Below, one piece after another: positions 18,759-27,695 of a stretch of DNA of 49,990 nucleotides (the first letter of the stretch is position 1; each line of letters opens with the position of its first letter). This DNA is from a virus: positions 1 through 49,990 of the IMG/VR virus record IMGVR_UViG_3300027690_000123, one strand, 5' to 3'. The position numbers and the translations under genes are program-made. Below the pieces are notes generated by a model, which was given only the letters and a program-made list of their open reading frames with translations, made no database searches and had not been told where the DNA came from.

Positions 18759-19868
18759 CTAACTCAAATATTTGATTCCGGTGGCTTTCAAACGGCTGGC
18801 ATCCAATTCGGTCTTTCCCCATTCGGATCCAATGTACTTGTCGATGATTTCTTCATCCTTGGCACCTGGGGCGAGATCGATACGGGCAGTTTTTTTGACT
18901 GGGATGATTTCAATCCGGTATTCAGCAACGCCGGCTCGTTCTAACAATGTCGCAACACGGGTGCTTTCGGCTTTGCTTTTGACCTTGACTGTGACGAAAT
19001 CACCGGCGATTTTTTCGGGGATGATGGTTTTTTCACCTTCAAAAAAGTGAAACCCCGGCGATTCGATGGGAACGAGTTCGACATCAAAGGTGTCGGTGTC
19101 GATGATCAGATAACCTTTCTTTTCACCTCGTTCAGCGGCGGTGATTTGAATCGGGGAGCCTATTGAAACAACCTTTTTAGGTCTGCCAAGGTGATCTTTC
19201 GGGCCGTCGATAACGTGGTGAATGTGATAATGGCCGAGCAAGGTCAAATCGAATATTTTGATCAGTTCCTTCGCTGAGAAATCGCCGTCACGATCCAAAT
19301 GGGCCCTCATCAATTCATGCGTGAAAAGATGGGAAACCAAGATCTTTGTTTTGATTTCGCCAAGCCCGGCGATCGTTTTTTGGGCGGTGTTTAGCTGCGC
19401 CTGGAATTTGTCTTCGCTAAACCGGCCATGCTCCATGGGGTATGAAATGACAGTAAACAGAATGCTTTCGTCTGAATAATAAACGAAATGGGGGGCAGTA
19501 TGAGTTTCGGTCGGGATGATAATACCTGGCAAGGTCGCCAGGGGTTCAAGAGCATGTCTTGAACCGTCGTGGGTGGCGGCGTCATGGTTCCCGATGCAAA
19601 TGATATCAGGATGGAGGGCGTCGGTATGGTAGCTCCTTTTTGTTACGATTCTAGCCATTTCGTTATAGGCGATGACGTTCACCGACCCTTTAACTTGGAA
19701 AGTGTCTCCGCCGGAAATAACTGGCATTTTAAGTTCATTTGCATCGGCATAGATTTTATCGACGACCTTGATGGTGTCCACGAGGCGGGAGTTCATTCCG
19801 TCGGGCAGCACTTTGGAATATCGTTGATGGGGGTGGATGTGCGGGTCGCTGTATGCGATAAATTTCAT
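18759..19868 (-). CDS. sbcD: SbcD/Mre11/T4 gp47-like metallophosphoesterase nuclease
   Basis: SDPH, GGDTF, GNHD, SH, LGHYH, GSP motifs. Confidence 0.92.
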   Translation of the reverse strand: MKFIAYSDPHIHPHQRYSKVLPDGMNSRLVDTIKVVDKIYADANELKMPVISGGDTFQVKGSVNVIAYNEMARIVTKRSYHTDALHPDIICIGNHDAATHDGSRHALEPLATLPGIIIPTETHTAPHFVYYSDESILFTVISYPMEHGRFSEDKFQAQLNTAQKTIAGLGEIKTKILVSHLFTHELMRAHLDRDGDFSAKELIKIFDLTLLGHYHIHHVIDGPKDHLGRPKKVVSIGSPIQITAAERGEKKGYLIIDTDTFDVELVPIESPGFHFFEGEKTIIPEKIAGDFVTVKVKSKAESTRVATLLERAGVAEYRIEIIPVKKTARIDLAPGAKDEEIIDKYIGSEWGKTELDASRLKATGIKYLS

Positions 19869-19869
19869 G

Positions 19870-20040
19870 TCATGCCTCCTTCAAATGCGCGGAATAACCT
19901 GAAAGTTCGTGGCGTTCTTCATAGGAAAGGTATTCAAAATCCGGTTCGAATTTTTCAATTTCCAGCTCCGCCGGAAGCATCTTTTCGATGTGTCTGAAAA
20001 CGAGTTTTTCGACCTCTTCCTTGGATATACTGATTTTCAT
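19870..20040 (-). CDS. Small hypothetical protein (56 aa, not in ORF track)
   Basis: Translated by hand: MKISISKEEVEKLVFRHIEKMLPAELEIEKFEPDFEYLSYEERHELSGYSAHLKEA. AGGAG RBS; fills the gap in the operon. Confidence 0.65.
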   Translation of the reverse strand: MKISISKEEVEKLVFRHIEKMLPAELEIEKFEPDFEYLSYEERHELSGYSAHLKEA

Positions 20041-20055
20041 CTTTTCTCCTTTGGA

Positions 20056-20077
20056 ATGCCCGGCTTCGGCCGGGCAT
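20056..20077. terminator. Stem-loop after recA
   Basis: ATGCCCGGC-TTCG-GCCGGGCAT. Confidence 0.55.
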
Positions 20078-20174
20078 CGTGTTTTACGGGGTGGTTTGGG
20101 CGTTGTATTCAGCTTCGACTTCGGCAGCGAGGTCTTTTTGCAACCGTTCGTTTTGCTGGCCCAGGTAGGTATCT

Positions 20175-21290
20175 TCAGATAGCAATTTTTTCAGATACCT
20201 CAACACCAGGATCATCCATCGCAACATCAGGGTGTTTGAGTTTTTCATCGACGACCTCCCTTGCCATGCGATGGAGTTCATCGGCCAGTTTGCGATCGGC
20301 CTTGGCCAGTTCGTAAAGCTGCTTTTGCCGATACTTTTTTCCATCCCATTCATAGTAGCCGGAGCTTGTCCCCAGCCGTGTGCTGTAGGTTCTGAGAAAG
20401 CTGATCGACTCCCAAAGTGTGTCGATGCCTCGATCGAAAAAGGTGATGTACTCCACCCGGGCGAACGGGCGGCCGACCTTGTTTTTCGAGACATATACTT
20501 TTGTGATGATGCCTTCAGCGTCTTCGTCTTTGGCGGCTTCGGGAAATGTTTTTCCGCGATTCATCTCCAATGTGATGGCGCTGTGAAAATCGATCGGGTT
20601 CTTGCCAATGTAGGTGTCAGGGCTGCCAAACATCACTCCAATTTTTTGCTTGAGTTGATTGACCAAAATCAGAATGCAATTCATGTCATGGACAACCGGC
20701 ATGATTTTCCGAAATGCCTGGGACAAGATTCGGGAGTGAGCGCCCATTCCCGCCTTGCCGATGTCGGCTTCAATTTCCGAGGCGACCGACGAACCGGCAA
20801 CGGAATCGAGGACGACGCCGATCAGCGCGTCTTTGTCCTTTTTACGAACGACCCGGATGACATCTTCCATGATGTCGAAAGCGCCTTTGACTTTGACTTT
20901 CTTCCCATTATCGATATCGACCTCTTCATAAGTGTCGAGGGATTCGGGTTGGCAAGCCAAATAGCGGGTCATGTCCAGGCCTTGGGCTTCACATCTGGTT
21001 TTGAGGTTGGATCGTTCCACATCCAGGCCCAAACCGATGCCGTCATGTTTTTGGATTTGGGCAAGGCAGTGAACGCCCAAGGTTGATTTCCCAACTGACT
21101 TGGCTCCGATGAAACAGATCATTCTGCCCAGCGGAAGGCCGCCGCCCAAAGCAAGGTCGAGCTGTGGGATGCCGGTCGGAATCCATCTTTCGACATCCTT
21201 CAAGACGGTCAGCTCATTTTTCAAAACGGCTTTTACATCCGAGACAAGTTCGTCCAGGCTGATGACTGGTTTAACAGGTGTTCTTCCCAT
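20175..21290 (-). CDS. recA: RecA/UvsX recombinase
   Basis: IPTGIPQLDLALGGGLPLGR, GAKSVGKST, VVLDSVA, VNQLKQKIGVMFG, KNKV..PF. Confidence 0.93.
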   Translation of the reverse strand: MGRTPVKPVISLDELVSDVKAVLKNELTVLKDVERWIPTGIPQLDLALGGGLPLGRMICFIGAKSVGKSTLGVHCLAQIQKHDGIGLGLDVERSNLKTRCEAQGLDMTRYLACQPESLDTYEEVDIDNGKKVKVKGAFDIMEDVIRVVRKKDKDALIGVVLDSVAGSSVASEIEADIGKAGMGAHSRILSQAFRKIMPVVHDMNCILILVNQLKQKIGVMFGSPDTYIGKNPIDFHSAITLEMNRGKTFPEAAKDEDAEGIITKVYVSKNKVGRPFARVEYITFFDRGIDTLWESISFLRTYSTRLGTSSGYYEWDGKKYRQKQLYELAKADRKLADELHRMAREVVDEKLKHPDVAMDDPGVEVSEKIAI

Positions 21291-21296
21291 AAAATT

Positions 21297-22205
21297 TCAC
21301 CTCAATTCTTTAAAGGGTCTGACCCAAGAACCAAAATCGACATAAATTCCATGGATCTCATTTTGAAGGGCTATTTCTCTGACATTTGCCCAGTTGGGTT
21401 CCTGGCGGTAGATTTTCGCGGTGGCGAAATCGGCCAGGGGATTATGTAGATCGATCATCGATTTGCTGAGTTCGTATTGATCCCAACCGTCGATGATCCG
21501 TTGAAGCATCTTGCTCGGGGTGGTTGTTCCGGTAGCTACCGCCGAGCGCCAATTCTCAACGCTTCCGAATTCGACCAAGAGCTTCTTGGCTGTCTTTTCA
21601 CCAACCCCTTTGACGCCGGGAATATCATCGCTCGAATCCCCTTGCAGGGCTTTGAATTGAAGATAATTTTCCGGTGTCAGGCCATCGTGGACTTCTGAAA
21701 AGTTCTCATGCGTCACATGCCGATGGCCCTTTTGGTTTCGGGTCGAATACACACTGATGTAGGGGGTCACCAACTGGTGGAAGTCTGAATCCGACGAAAT
21801 GATGATTGCATGCTGGCCTAACTGGTTGCACTTCTTGGCCATGAGTGCGATCAAATCATCGCCTTCGATCCCCGGGCCTTCCATTGTGTATAATCCCAGG
21901 TCCAAGGTGGCTTGTTTGATGATCGGTAACTGTGCAATCAATTCGTCGTAATTCATTTTTTGCTCAGGGGTCTTTTTTTCAAGAGCCCGGTTTTCTTTGT
22001 ATGTTGGGTGAAGGGCCATCCGTTTTTTGGATTTTCCACCGTCCCAGGCGATGAAGACTTTCTCTGTTTGAAATGTCTGAACGTACACCCGGAGTGATTT
22101 TAAAAACCCCGTAATGGCTTGCGTGGGAAAACCGTCTTTCCGCGATAAACCGCCGAGACTGTTGTGAACGAAAGCCAAATTCGTTCCGTCAATCAAAAGT
22201 ATCAT
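21297..22205 (-). CDS. 5'-3' exonuclease / flap endonuclease (T4 RNase H-like)
   Basis: LLIDG, AWDGG, YKENR, EGDDLI, SSDSDFHQL, GDSSDDIPGVKGVGEKTA. Confidence 0.93.
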   Translation of the reverse strand: MILLIDGTNLAFVHNSLGGLSRKDGFPTQAITGFLKSLRVYVQTFQTEKVFIAWDGGKSKKRMALHPTYKENRALEKKTPEQKMNYDELIAQLPIIKQATLDLGLYTMEGPGIEGDDLIALMAKKCNQLGQHAIIISSDSDFHQLVTPYISVYSTRNQKGHRHVTHENFSEVHDGLTPENYLQFKALQGDSSDDIPGVKGVGEKTAKKLLVEFGSVENWRSAVATGTTTPSKMLQRIIDGWDQYELSKSMIDLHNPLADFATAKIYRQEPNWANVREIALQNEIHGIYVDFGSWVRPFKELR

Positions 22206-22222
22206 TTGACACCCCTCCTTTC

Positions 22223-22245
22223 AGGGGGTGGGGTTACCACCCCCT
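22223..22245. terminator. Stem-loop downstream of ssb
   Basis: AGGGGGTGG-GGTTA-CCACCCCCT. Confidence 0.55.
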
Positions 22246-22262
22246 TTTTCTTGGACTGAGGG

Positions 22263-23366
22263 TTAGCGATTAATCGCGGCTTCCATTTCCTTCATCAGAT
22301 CGTCGGCGGAAATACCCGGGGCTGTGGATGCCGGGGCTGCGGGCGGTGCAACGGGCGGAGTTACTGCCGCCGGAGTGACAGGCGGTGCGGCTGCAGCCGG
22401 GGCCGGAGTCGCTTTGCTGCGAGATAAACGTCTGAGTTCGACCTTTTTCATCTCGCAATCATCCTGTTCGGCGCAATCGAGGCAAACGGGATTGTTTTCA
22501 TTAAAGGCACCGAAACATGCCGGTTGTGCGGGTGCCGCCGGGGGTGCAGGGGGTGCAACTGGAACTCTGGCGGCGGGTGCCGCGGGTGGAGCAACCGGGG
22601 CGGCGGGTGCCGGTGTGGAAATGGCAGTCAAAGGAACGTGGGTTCCATCCACCACCTTGGTTGCGATGGTCAAGCTATCATCCTCCGGGGCCGGCAGCGC
22701 CTTGCTCTCCAGGGCCGGAAGGGGTTCTTTTCCTTCCCATACCAGCTTCAGGTTCTCATAGGTTTCATTCCGAACCAGCAGATCCAAATTCGGAAGCTCG
22801 GCAACGGTGATGGGGAGTGGCACCGGGGTGGGGGTCAATTTGGCCCGGACGGTGTATCTGGTAGAAAGACCTTTTCCGATCTTGTCGATGATAATTTCAC
22901 GGCCGGTTTCAAGGTTCGTGATGTCGCCGATACCGGCATCCTTATCGACCATGATTGAATACAGCTCTAACAAAACAGATTTGGGCATTTCAGCAACTTG
23001 CACGCCGGCGCTGATGTCGTTCATGTCGATGACATTGGCGAAGAACCGGGGTGCCGAGCTGACTTTTTTCAGCCATTCCTTCGTGGCATCGTCCGGTTTT
23101 CTTTTCCACATGGCATCGATGTTGTCGCAGATGGGGCAGGGCTTGTCGAAGCAGATCTTGGGGCAATACACCATGGTTTTGCCTTCAGGGCCGAGGTTCC
23201 AGTGCTTGCCAAAGATTCGGGTGAAATCATCGGCACCTTCCCAGGGCGGGAGAAAGCGCAACACGTTGCGGTTCTCTTTCCAGGTATAGTAATTCGTGTT
23301 GCGACGGGCCATTTCTTCAAGGGCTTTCTCTCTCTGGACGCGGATTTTGTCAAGATTAAGGGACAT
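22263..23366 (-). CDS. Single-stranded DNA-binding protein (gp32-like) with Pro/Ala linker and Cys4 module
   Basis: LRFLPP, HW..CPK..CPICD, ANVID, GREIII.K.GKGL.TRY, acidic tail. Sits between uvsY and the exonuclease gene. Confidence 0.82.
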   Translation of the reverse strand: MSLNLDKIRVQREKALEEMARRNTNYYTWKENRNVLRFLPPWEGADDFTRIFGKHWNLGPEGKTMVYCPKICFDKPCPICDNIDAMWKRKPDDATKEWLKKVSSAPRFFANVIDMNDISAGVQVAEMPKSVLLELYSIMVDKDAGIGDITNLETGREIIIDKIGKGLSTRYTVRAKLTPTPVPLPITVAELPNLDLLVRNETYENLKLVWEGKEPLPALESKALPAPEDDSLTIATKVVDGTHVPLTAISTPAPAAPVAPPAAPAARVPVAPPAPPAAPAQPACFGAFNENNPVCLDCAEQDDCEMKKVELRRLSRSKATPAPAAAAPPVTPAAVTPPVAPPAAPASTAPGISADDLMKEMEAAINR

Positions 23367-23461
23367 AGTAACTTCTCCTTTGTATGGTGTGATGGAAGAT
23401 AAACGAAAGTAAGTAATTACAATGAAGCGAGCGTAAAAAAAAGGCTTTTGTGAAATTTATT

Positions 23462-24181
23462 TTACGATGCTTTGGATATCACCTCCTTGACTCGGTCTTT
23501 CAGACTCATACCGATCTGATCCATCTCTTGCCGCTTGGCTGATCCCAGTTGAATCAACATGTCTTTGCGCTGGATGAAGGCTTCCTTTGCGCCCCGGGCG
23601 ATGTCGGCATCACAGTTGGCCTGGATCAAGGCTTGCTGGGCGGCGGAATATTCCGGACTGGTGATCACTTCCGATTCGATCATCTTTTCAGTGGGTTTTA
23701 TCCCTTCACTGATCAATTTTTCCCGGATTTTCTTCGTCATTTCCGCGCTGACGACCTCCAAACGCAGTTTGGCTGTCATTACCTTTGCCTTGGCTTTGGC
23801 TTCCTCTGTTGCAAAAACGACGAATTTACTGGCTTGGTTTTTAAACTCCGTGTTGAGGTCGCCTTCGTTGATAGCAACCTCTTTGGCGAAATTGTTTTCA
23901 TCCATGCTGATTCCCGGCATAACATGAGGCGGGGCGGTCCCGACATGATCCGAAATATGTTCATGCGCCGGGACTTCCACAGCGACCGGGGGTTCTACGA
24001 CCGTAATCGGAGCCCTGGCTGCCGGGGGAGCTAAAGCCGGTTCGGATTCCGATCCCTCACCTCCAGACGCCGTGCACATTTTTTCGACGATCATTTCTTG
24101 CAACTGATCAGGTGTTGTTTCTTTCGTGTAAGCAATCCCCATTTCCTTGGCTTGGGTTCTGAGTTCTCGTAGCGTGGCCAT
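23462..24181 (-). CDS. uvsY: UvsY-like recombination mediator with N-terminal HeH/Rho-N-like motif
   Basis: INEGDLNTEF.NQ, KPTEKMIESEV..SPEY, AFIQRKDMLIQL; N-terminal LRELRTQAKEMGI. Confidence 0.65.
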   Translation of the reverse strand: MATLRELRTQAKEMGIAYTKETTPDQLQEMIVEKMCTASGGEGSESEPALAPPAARAPITVVEPPVAVEVPAHEHISDHVGTAPPHVMPGISMDENNFAKEVAINEGDLNTEFKNQASKFVVFATEEAKAKAKVMTAKLRLEVVSAEMTKKIREKLISEGIKPTEKMIESEVITSPEYSAAQQALIQANCDADIARGAKEAFIQRKDMLIQLGSAKRQEMDQIGMSLKDRVKEVISKAS

Positions 24182-24216
24182 AATGTTTTTTCTCCTTTTT
24201 GCTTGATATACGGAAT

Positions 24217-27200
24217 TTATAGATATTGCTTCAACTTACGAATCGCCTCCTTAAACATTTCCTCCTTTTCTCCGGATTCATCGTAAATCATCATTCCAGG
24301 GGTTATGGAGAAAACGACCATTGCTCGATATTTGCCGTGCCAGATCGCCGTGGCGTTCAGTTTCATGATCCCCGAGGACTGCCCGGTAAACGCCGCCGCC
24401 GCTGCGTTGCCCATGGCCAGGATCACATTCGGCGAACATGCGGTGACCAATTTTGATAGCCAAAGGCTGGGACAAATACACCCATCGAGGATCTCTTTCT
24501 GGAGTCTGCCGGATGTTGGACGACAACTGAAAACATGGCCTTGAAATACCTTCCCAGGAGTGATGTCGGCTTCCTCTTTCAAGATCTGCCACATCTTCGT
24601 GTACGCTTTCCCAAAAAATGGTTCACCCTTGGCTTCCTCCCCTGCATTGGGGAATTGGCCCAGCATCATCACCTTGTTATGGGTTGACCATTTCCATGGG
24701 ACGGGGGCATTATCCTTCGTGGATAATGGACACGCCTTGCATGTAAGGTGTTCACCCGAAAGCATCGTGAGGATATCGTCATCGATGGTCATGTCGGCGA
24801 TGATCTCAATGGTTGAACTTGAGAAAACACCCGGGGCATACTCCGCCTTCTGGCTGTACTTTTCAGTTTCATCATAATCGACTGAAGAAACCAAAACATG
24901 TTCCGGTGGGCTACCTTCGTGTGTGACAAATACTGGGTAATTGTCGATGATCCATTTCGTGTTCGGGGCCAGGGATTCAAACCCGCCAGCGTAGGCAATG
25001 GATTCGACAACCCTTTTGTTTACGGCCCTCCTTTCTGTGCGTTTGATGAAATCTTCAAAACTGACAAAGGATTCCCGGCCCCTGCTGACAACGATTTTTT
25101 CACCGGCTATCGATCCAACGCCTTTTACCGAGGCGAATCCGGCAACGATCCTGTCGCCGACGGCTGACCAATTTATGTCGGACAAATTGATGTTCGGGCC
25201 TTCGATCTTGATCCCCAGCCTTTCGGCTTCTTTGATGTATTTCTCAGTCGTTTCGGCTTCTGATACAACCGAGCGCAACAAAGCGGTCATAAATTCCACC
25301 GGGTAATAGTACTTTGCCCAGGCGGTCAGATAGCTGATGTACGAATAACAAGCGGCATGAGCCTTGTTAAAACCATACCGGCCAAATTTGACGATGTTAT
25401 CGTAAATGGTGTTGGCGACGGTTTCTGTCATCCCGACGGTTTTTGCACAGCCATCGATGAAGGTTTTCCGTTTTTCTTCGAGTAGGGCAGCTCCTTTCGA
25501 TTTACTGATGATCTTCCGCATGTTGTCGGCTTCCGGCCAGGTAAATCCGGCCAAGTCAACAAACTGGCGCATGATCTGTTCTTGGAAAATGGGCAAACCA
25601 AGGGTTTGTTCCGTGATTTTCGTTTCGGCTTCGTGCAGATAACTGACTTCCTCTTTCTTGTGATAACGATTGACGTAACTATCGACCATCCCCGAATCTA
25701 AGGGGCCAGGACGATACAATGCGTTGATATGAACCAGGGTTTCAAAGGACTGTATCGGAGTGAGTTTTTGGCATACCCCGGTGATTCCGGGTGACTCAAA
25801 CTGGAAAAAGCCCGCCGTGTGGCCATCGGAGAATTGTTTCAACACCTCGGCATCTGTTGGTTCGATGGTGAAAAAATCGATCACAACGCCTGTCCGTTCT
25901 CTCACCAGGGCGGCTGTGTCACCCAAAACCGAAAGGTTGCTGAGGCCCAGGAAATCAAACTTCAGCAATCCGAAGTGTTCCACTTCACCCATGTGCCAGT
26001 TGATGGCTGATGCAGCTTTGCGTTTTTCCAATACGCCTCGATGGGTAAAACCATCTTCCGAAAGGATGATGCCGCCGGCATGAATCCCTTTGGACCGGAG
26101 CTGACCATCCAACCGGATCGCGTGTTTAACGATCAGAGGATGGGATTCGGCAAAGGCGGCAAGTTCACCGGAGGCGAAATTTTCCTCCAGGTTCAGATCC
26201 TTGTCGATCTTTTTTGAGATTTCGTTGACTTGAAGAATGGGAATTGAAAATACTCGGGCGACATCTCGAAAAGCCGATTTACCGTGCATGACGGTCGATG
26301 TGCTGATCTGGCAGACGTTCTGTTCGCCGTAGGTTTCCTTGACGTACTTTATAACCTTGTCGCGGTCGTCACCAGCGAAGTCGAAATCGATATCAGGCAT
26401 GTCGATGCGATCTTCACGAAGGAACCGTTCGAAATACAGTTCGTGCTTGATTGGATCCAGGGCGGTGATCCCCAATAAATAAGCAATCAGAGAACCTCCG
26501 GCGGATCCACGGCCAAACCCGCAAAGGATTTTGCTTTTCTTGGCGTAATTAATTACATTCCAACCAAGTAAAAAATATCGAATGGCACCGATTTTTGAAA
26601 CGACTCCCAATTCGTGCTTCAGGCGTTTGAGATAGGTTGTCTCATCCAACCCTCGCCCGGCTATTTTGGTTTTCCACCCTTCTTTGCAGAGTTTCACAAG
26701 GAAGCTGGCTTCATTCTCCACCTTATGGGTGACCAACGGGGGCAGGGCAAAATCCAATTTGGGGATGTCGATGCCACTGCATTTATCAACGATCTCCTGA
26801 GTCGATACAAATGCGGCATGTAAAAATTCCAAATCAAAATAGCCGCCTTCGATCCAAGGTTTGAAGGAATGAATCATTTCGGATTGAGTTTTCAGATACA
26901 GGCCTGCCATGTCACCGTTGAGGAAGCTGAAGCGTCCTTCATCGTTGATGTTCGCATTCGTCTGAATGGCGAGCAGAACGTCATGGGTCAGGGTATCTTC
27001 CTCCCGGGGATAGTGGGCGTCGTTTGCCACGACGGGTTTGATGTCGAAAAGTTTGGAAAGTGAAAAAGCCCGATTATTTATCTCAAACTGAACATCGATC
27101 CAATGGGGTTGGATTTCCAAATAAAAATCTCCGCCATAGGTAGCTTTCATCTTTGTGACAATGTGAACATAATTGGGATGTTTCAAAAGACCGGCCGCAC

Positions 27201-27600
27201 AAGCAGAGGTAAGAATACAGTCTTCGAATTTGAAAATCTGCTCGATGGATAACAGGGGCCGGTAATACATCTGTTCGTTTGCGATGGTGAGCTGCTTAAA
27301 AATGGACTGCAGCCCGTTCCAATTTTTGGCCAACACAATCAAATGGTATCGTTCCATTCGTTCGCCTTTGGGCGGCCGATAAAACGGGTCATCGGCTACA
27401 TAAAATTCACAGCCAATGATAGGGATGATTCCAGCGGCTTTCGCTGCTTTGTAAAATTCCAATGCGGCGCCACATGATCCGTGATCGGTAAGGGCCAAGG
27501 CTTTGAAACCTTTTTTCACGGCCGTTTCAACCCAGGTCGGTGGGTTGCCCAGGCCATCGAGCAGGCTGTGGGAACTATGACAATGCAAATGGGTAAACAT
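24217..27600 (-). CDS. dnaE: DNA polymerase III alpha (family C) fused to a C-terminal family-4 UDG-like domain
   Basis: HLHCHSSHSLLDG PHP domain, GRGSAGGSL, MPDIDFDF, GLLKFDFLGL, YGFNKAHA. C-terminal CKACPL..MLGQFP..GEPFFG..SCRP..C..ILAMG. AGGAG RBS before MFTH. Confidence 0.95.
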   Translation of the reverse strand: MFTHLHCHSSHSLLDGLGNPPTWVETAVKKGFKALALTDHGSCGAALEFYKAAKAAGIIPIIGCEFYVADDPFYRPPKGERMERYHLIVLAKNWNGLQSIFKQLTIANEQMYYRPLLSIEQIFKFEDCILTSACAAGLLKHPNYVHIVTKMKATYGGDFYLEIQPHWIDVQFEINNRAFSLSKLFDIKPVVANDAHYPREEDTLTHDVLLAIQTNANINDEGRFSFLNGDMAGLYLKTQSEMIHSFKPWIEGGYFDLEFLHAAFVSTQEIVDKCSGIDIPKLDFALPPLVTHKVENEASFLVKLCKEGWKTKIAGRGLDETTYLKRLKHELGVVSKIGAIRYFLLGWNVINYAKKSKILCGFGRGSAGGSLIAYLLGITALDPIKHELYFERFLREDRIDMPDIDFDFAGDDRDKVIKYVKETYGEQNVCQISTSTVMHGKSAFRDVARVFSIPILQVNEISKKIDKDLNLEENFASGELAAFAESHPLIVKHAIRLDGQLRSKGIHAGGIILSEDGFTHRGVLEKRKAASAINWHMGEVEHFGLLKFDFLGLSNLSVLGDTAALVRERTGVVIDFFTIEPTDAEVLKQFSDGHTAGFFQFESPGITGVCQKLTPIQSFETLVHINALYRPGPLDSGMVDSYVNRYHKKEEVSYLHEAETKITEQTLGLPIFQEQIMRQFVDLAGFTWPEADNMRKIISKSKGAALLEEKRKTFIDGCAKTVGMTETVANTIYDNIVKFGRYGFNKAHAACYSYISYLTAWAKYYYPVEFMTALLRSVVSEAETTEKYIKEAERLGIKIEGPNINLSDINWSAVGDRIVAGFASVKGVGSIAGEKIVVSRGRESFVSFEDFIKRTERRAVNKRVVESIAYAGGFESLAPNTKWIIDNYPVFVTHEGSPPEHVLVSSVDYDETEKYSQKAEYAPGVFSSSTIEIIADMTIDDDILTMLSGEHLTCKACPLSTKDNAPVPWKWSTHNKVMMLGQFPNAGEEAKGEPFFGKAYTKMWQILKEEADITPGKVFQGHVFSCRPTSGRLQKEILDGCICPSLWLSKLVTACSPNVILAMGNAAAAAFTGQSSGIMKLNATAIWHGKYRAMVVFSITPGMMIYDESGEKEEMFKEAIRKLKQYL

Positions 27601-27652
27601 GACTGCTCCTTGGGTTTTGGACGAAAAAATGTTCGGTTTAAACGCAAGAAAG

Positions 27653-27680
27653 CGATGCAGGGCCGCTAAGCCCTGCATCG
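27653..27680. terminator. Stem-loop between the AT-hook gene and dnaE
   Basis: CGATGCAGGGC-CGCTAA-GCCCTGCATCG. Confidence 0.55.
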
Positions 27681-27695
27681 TTTAAAGGTTGTTGA

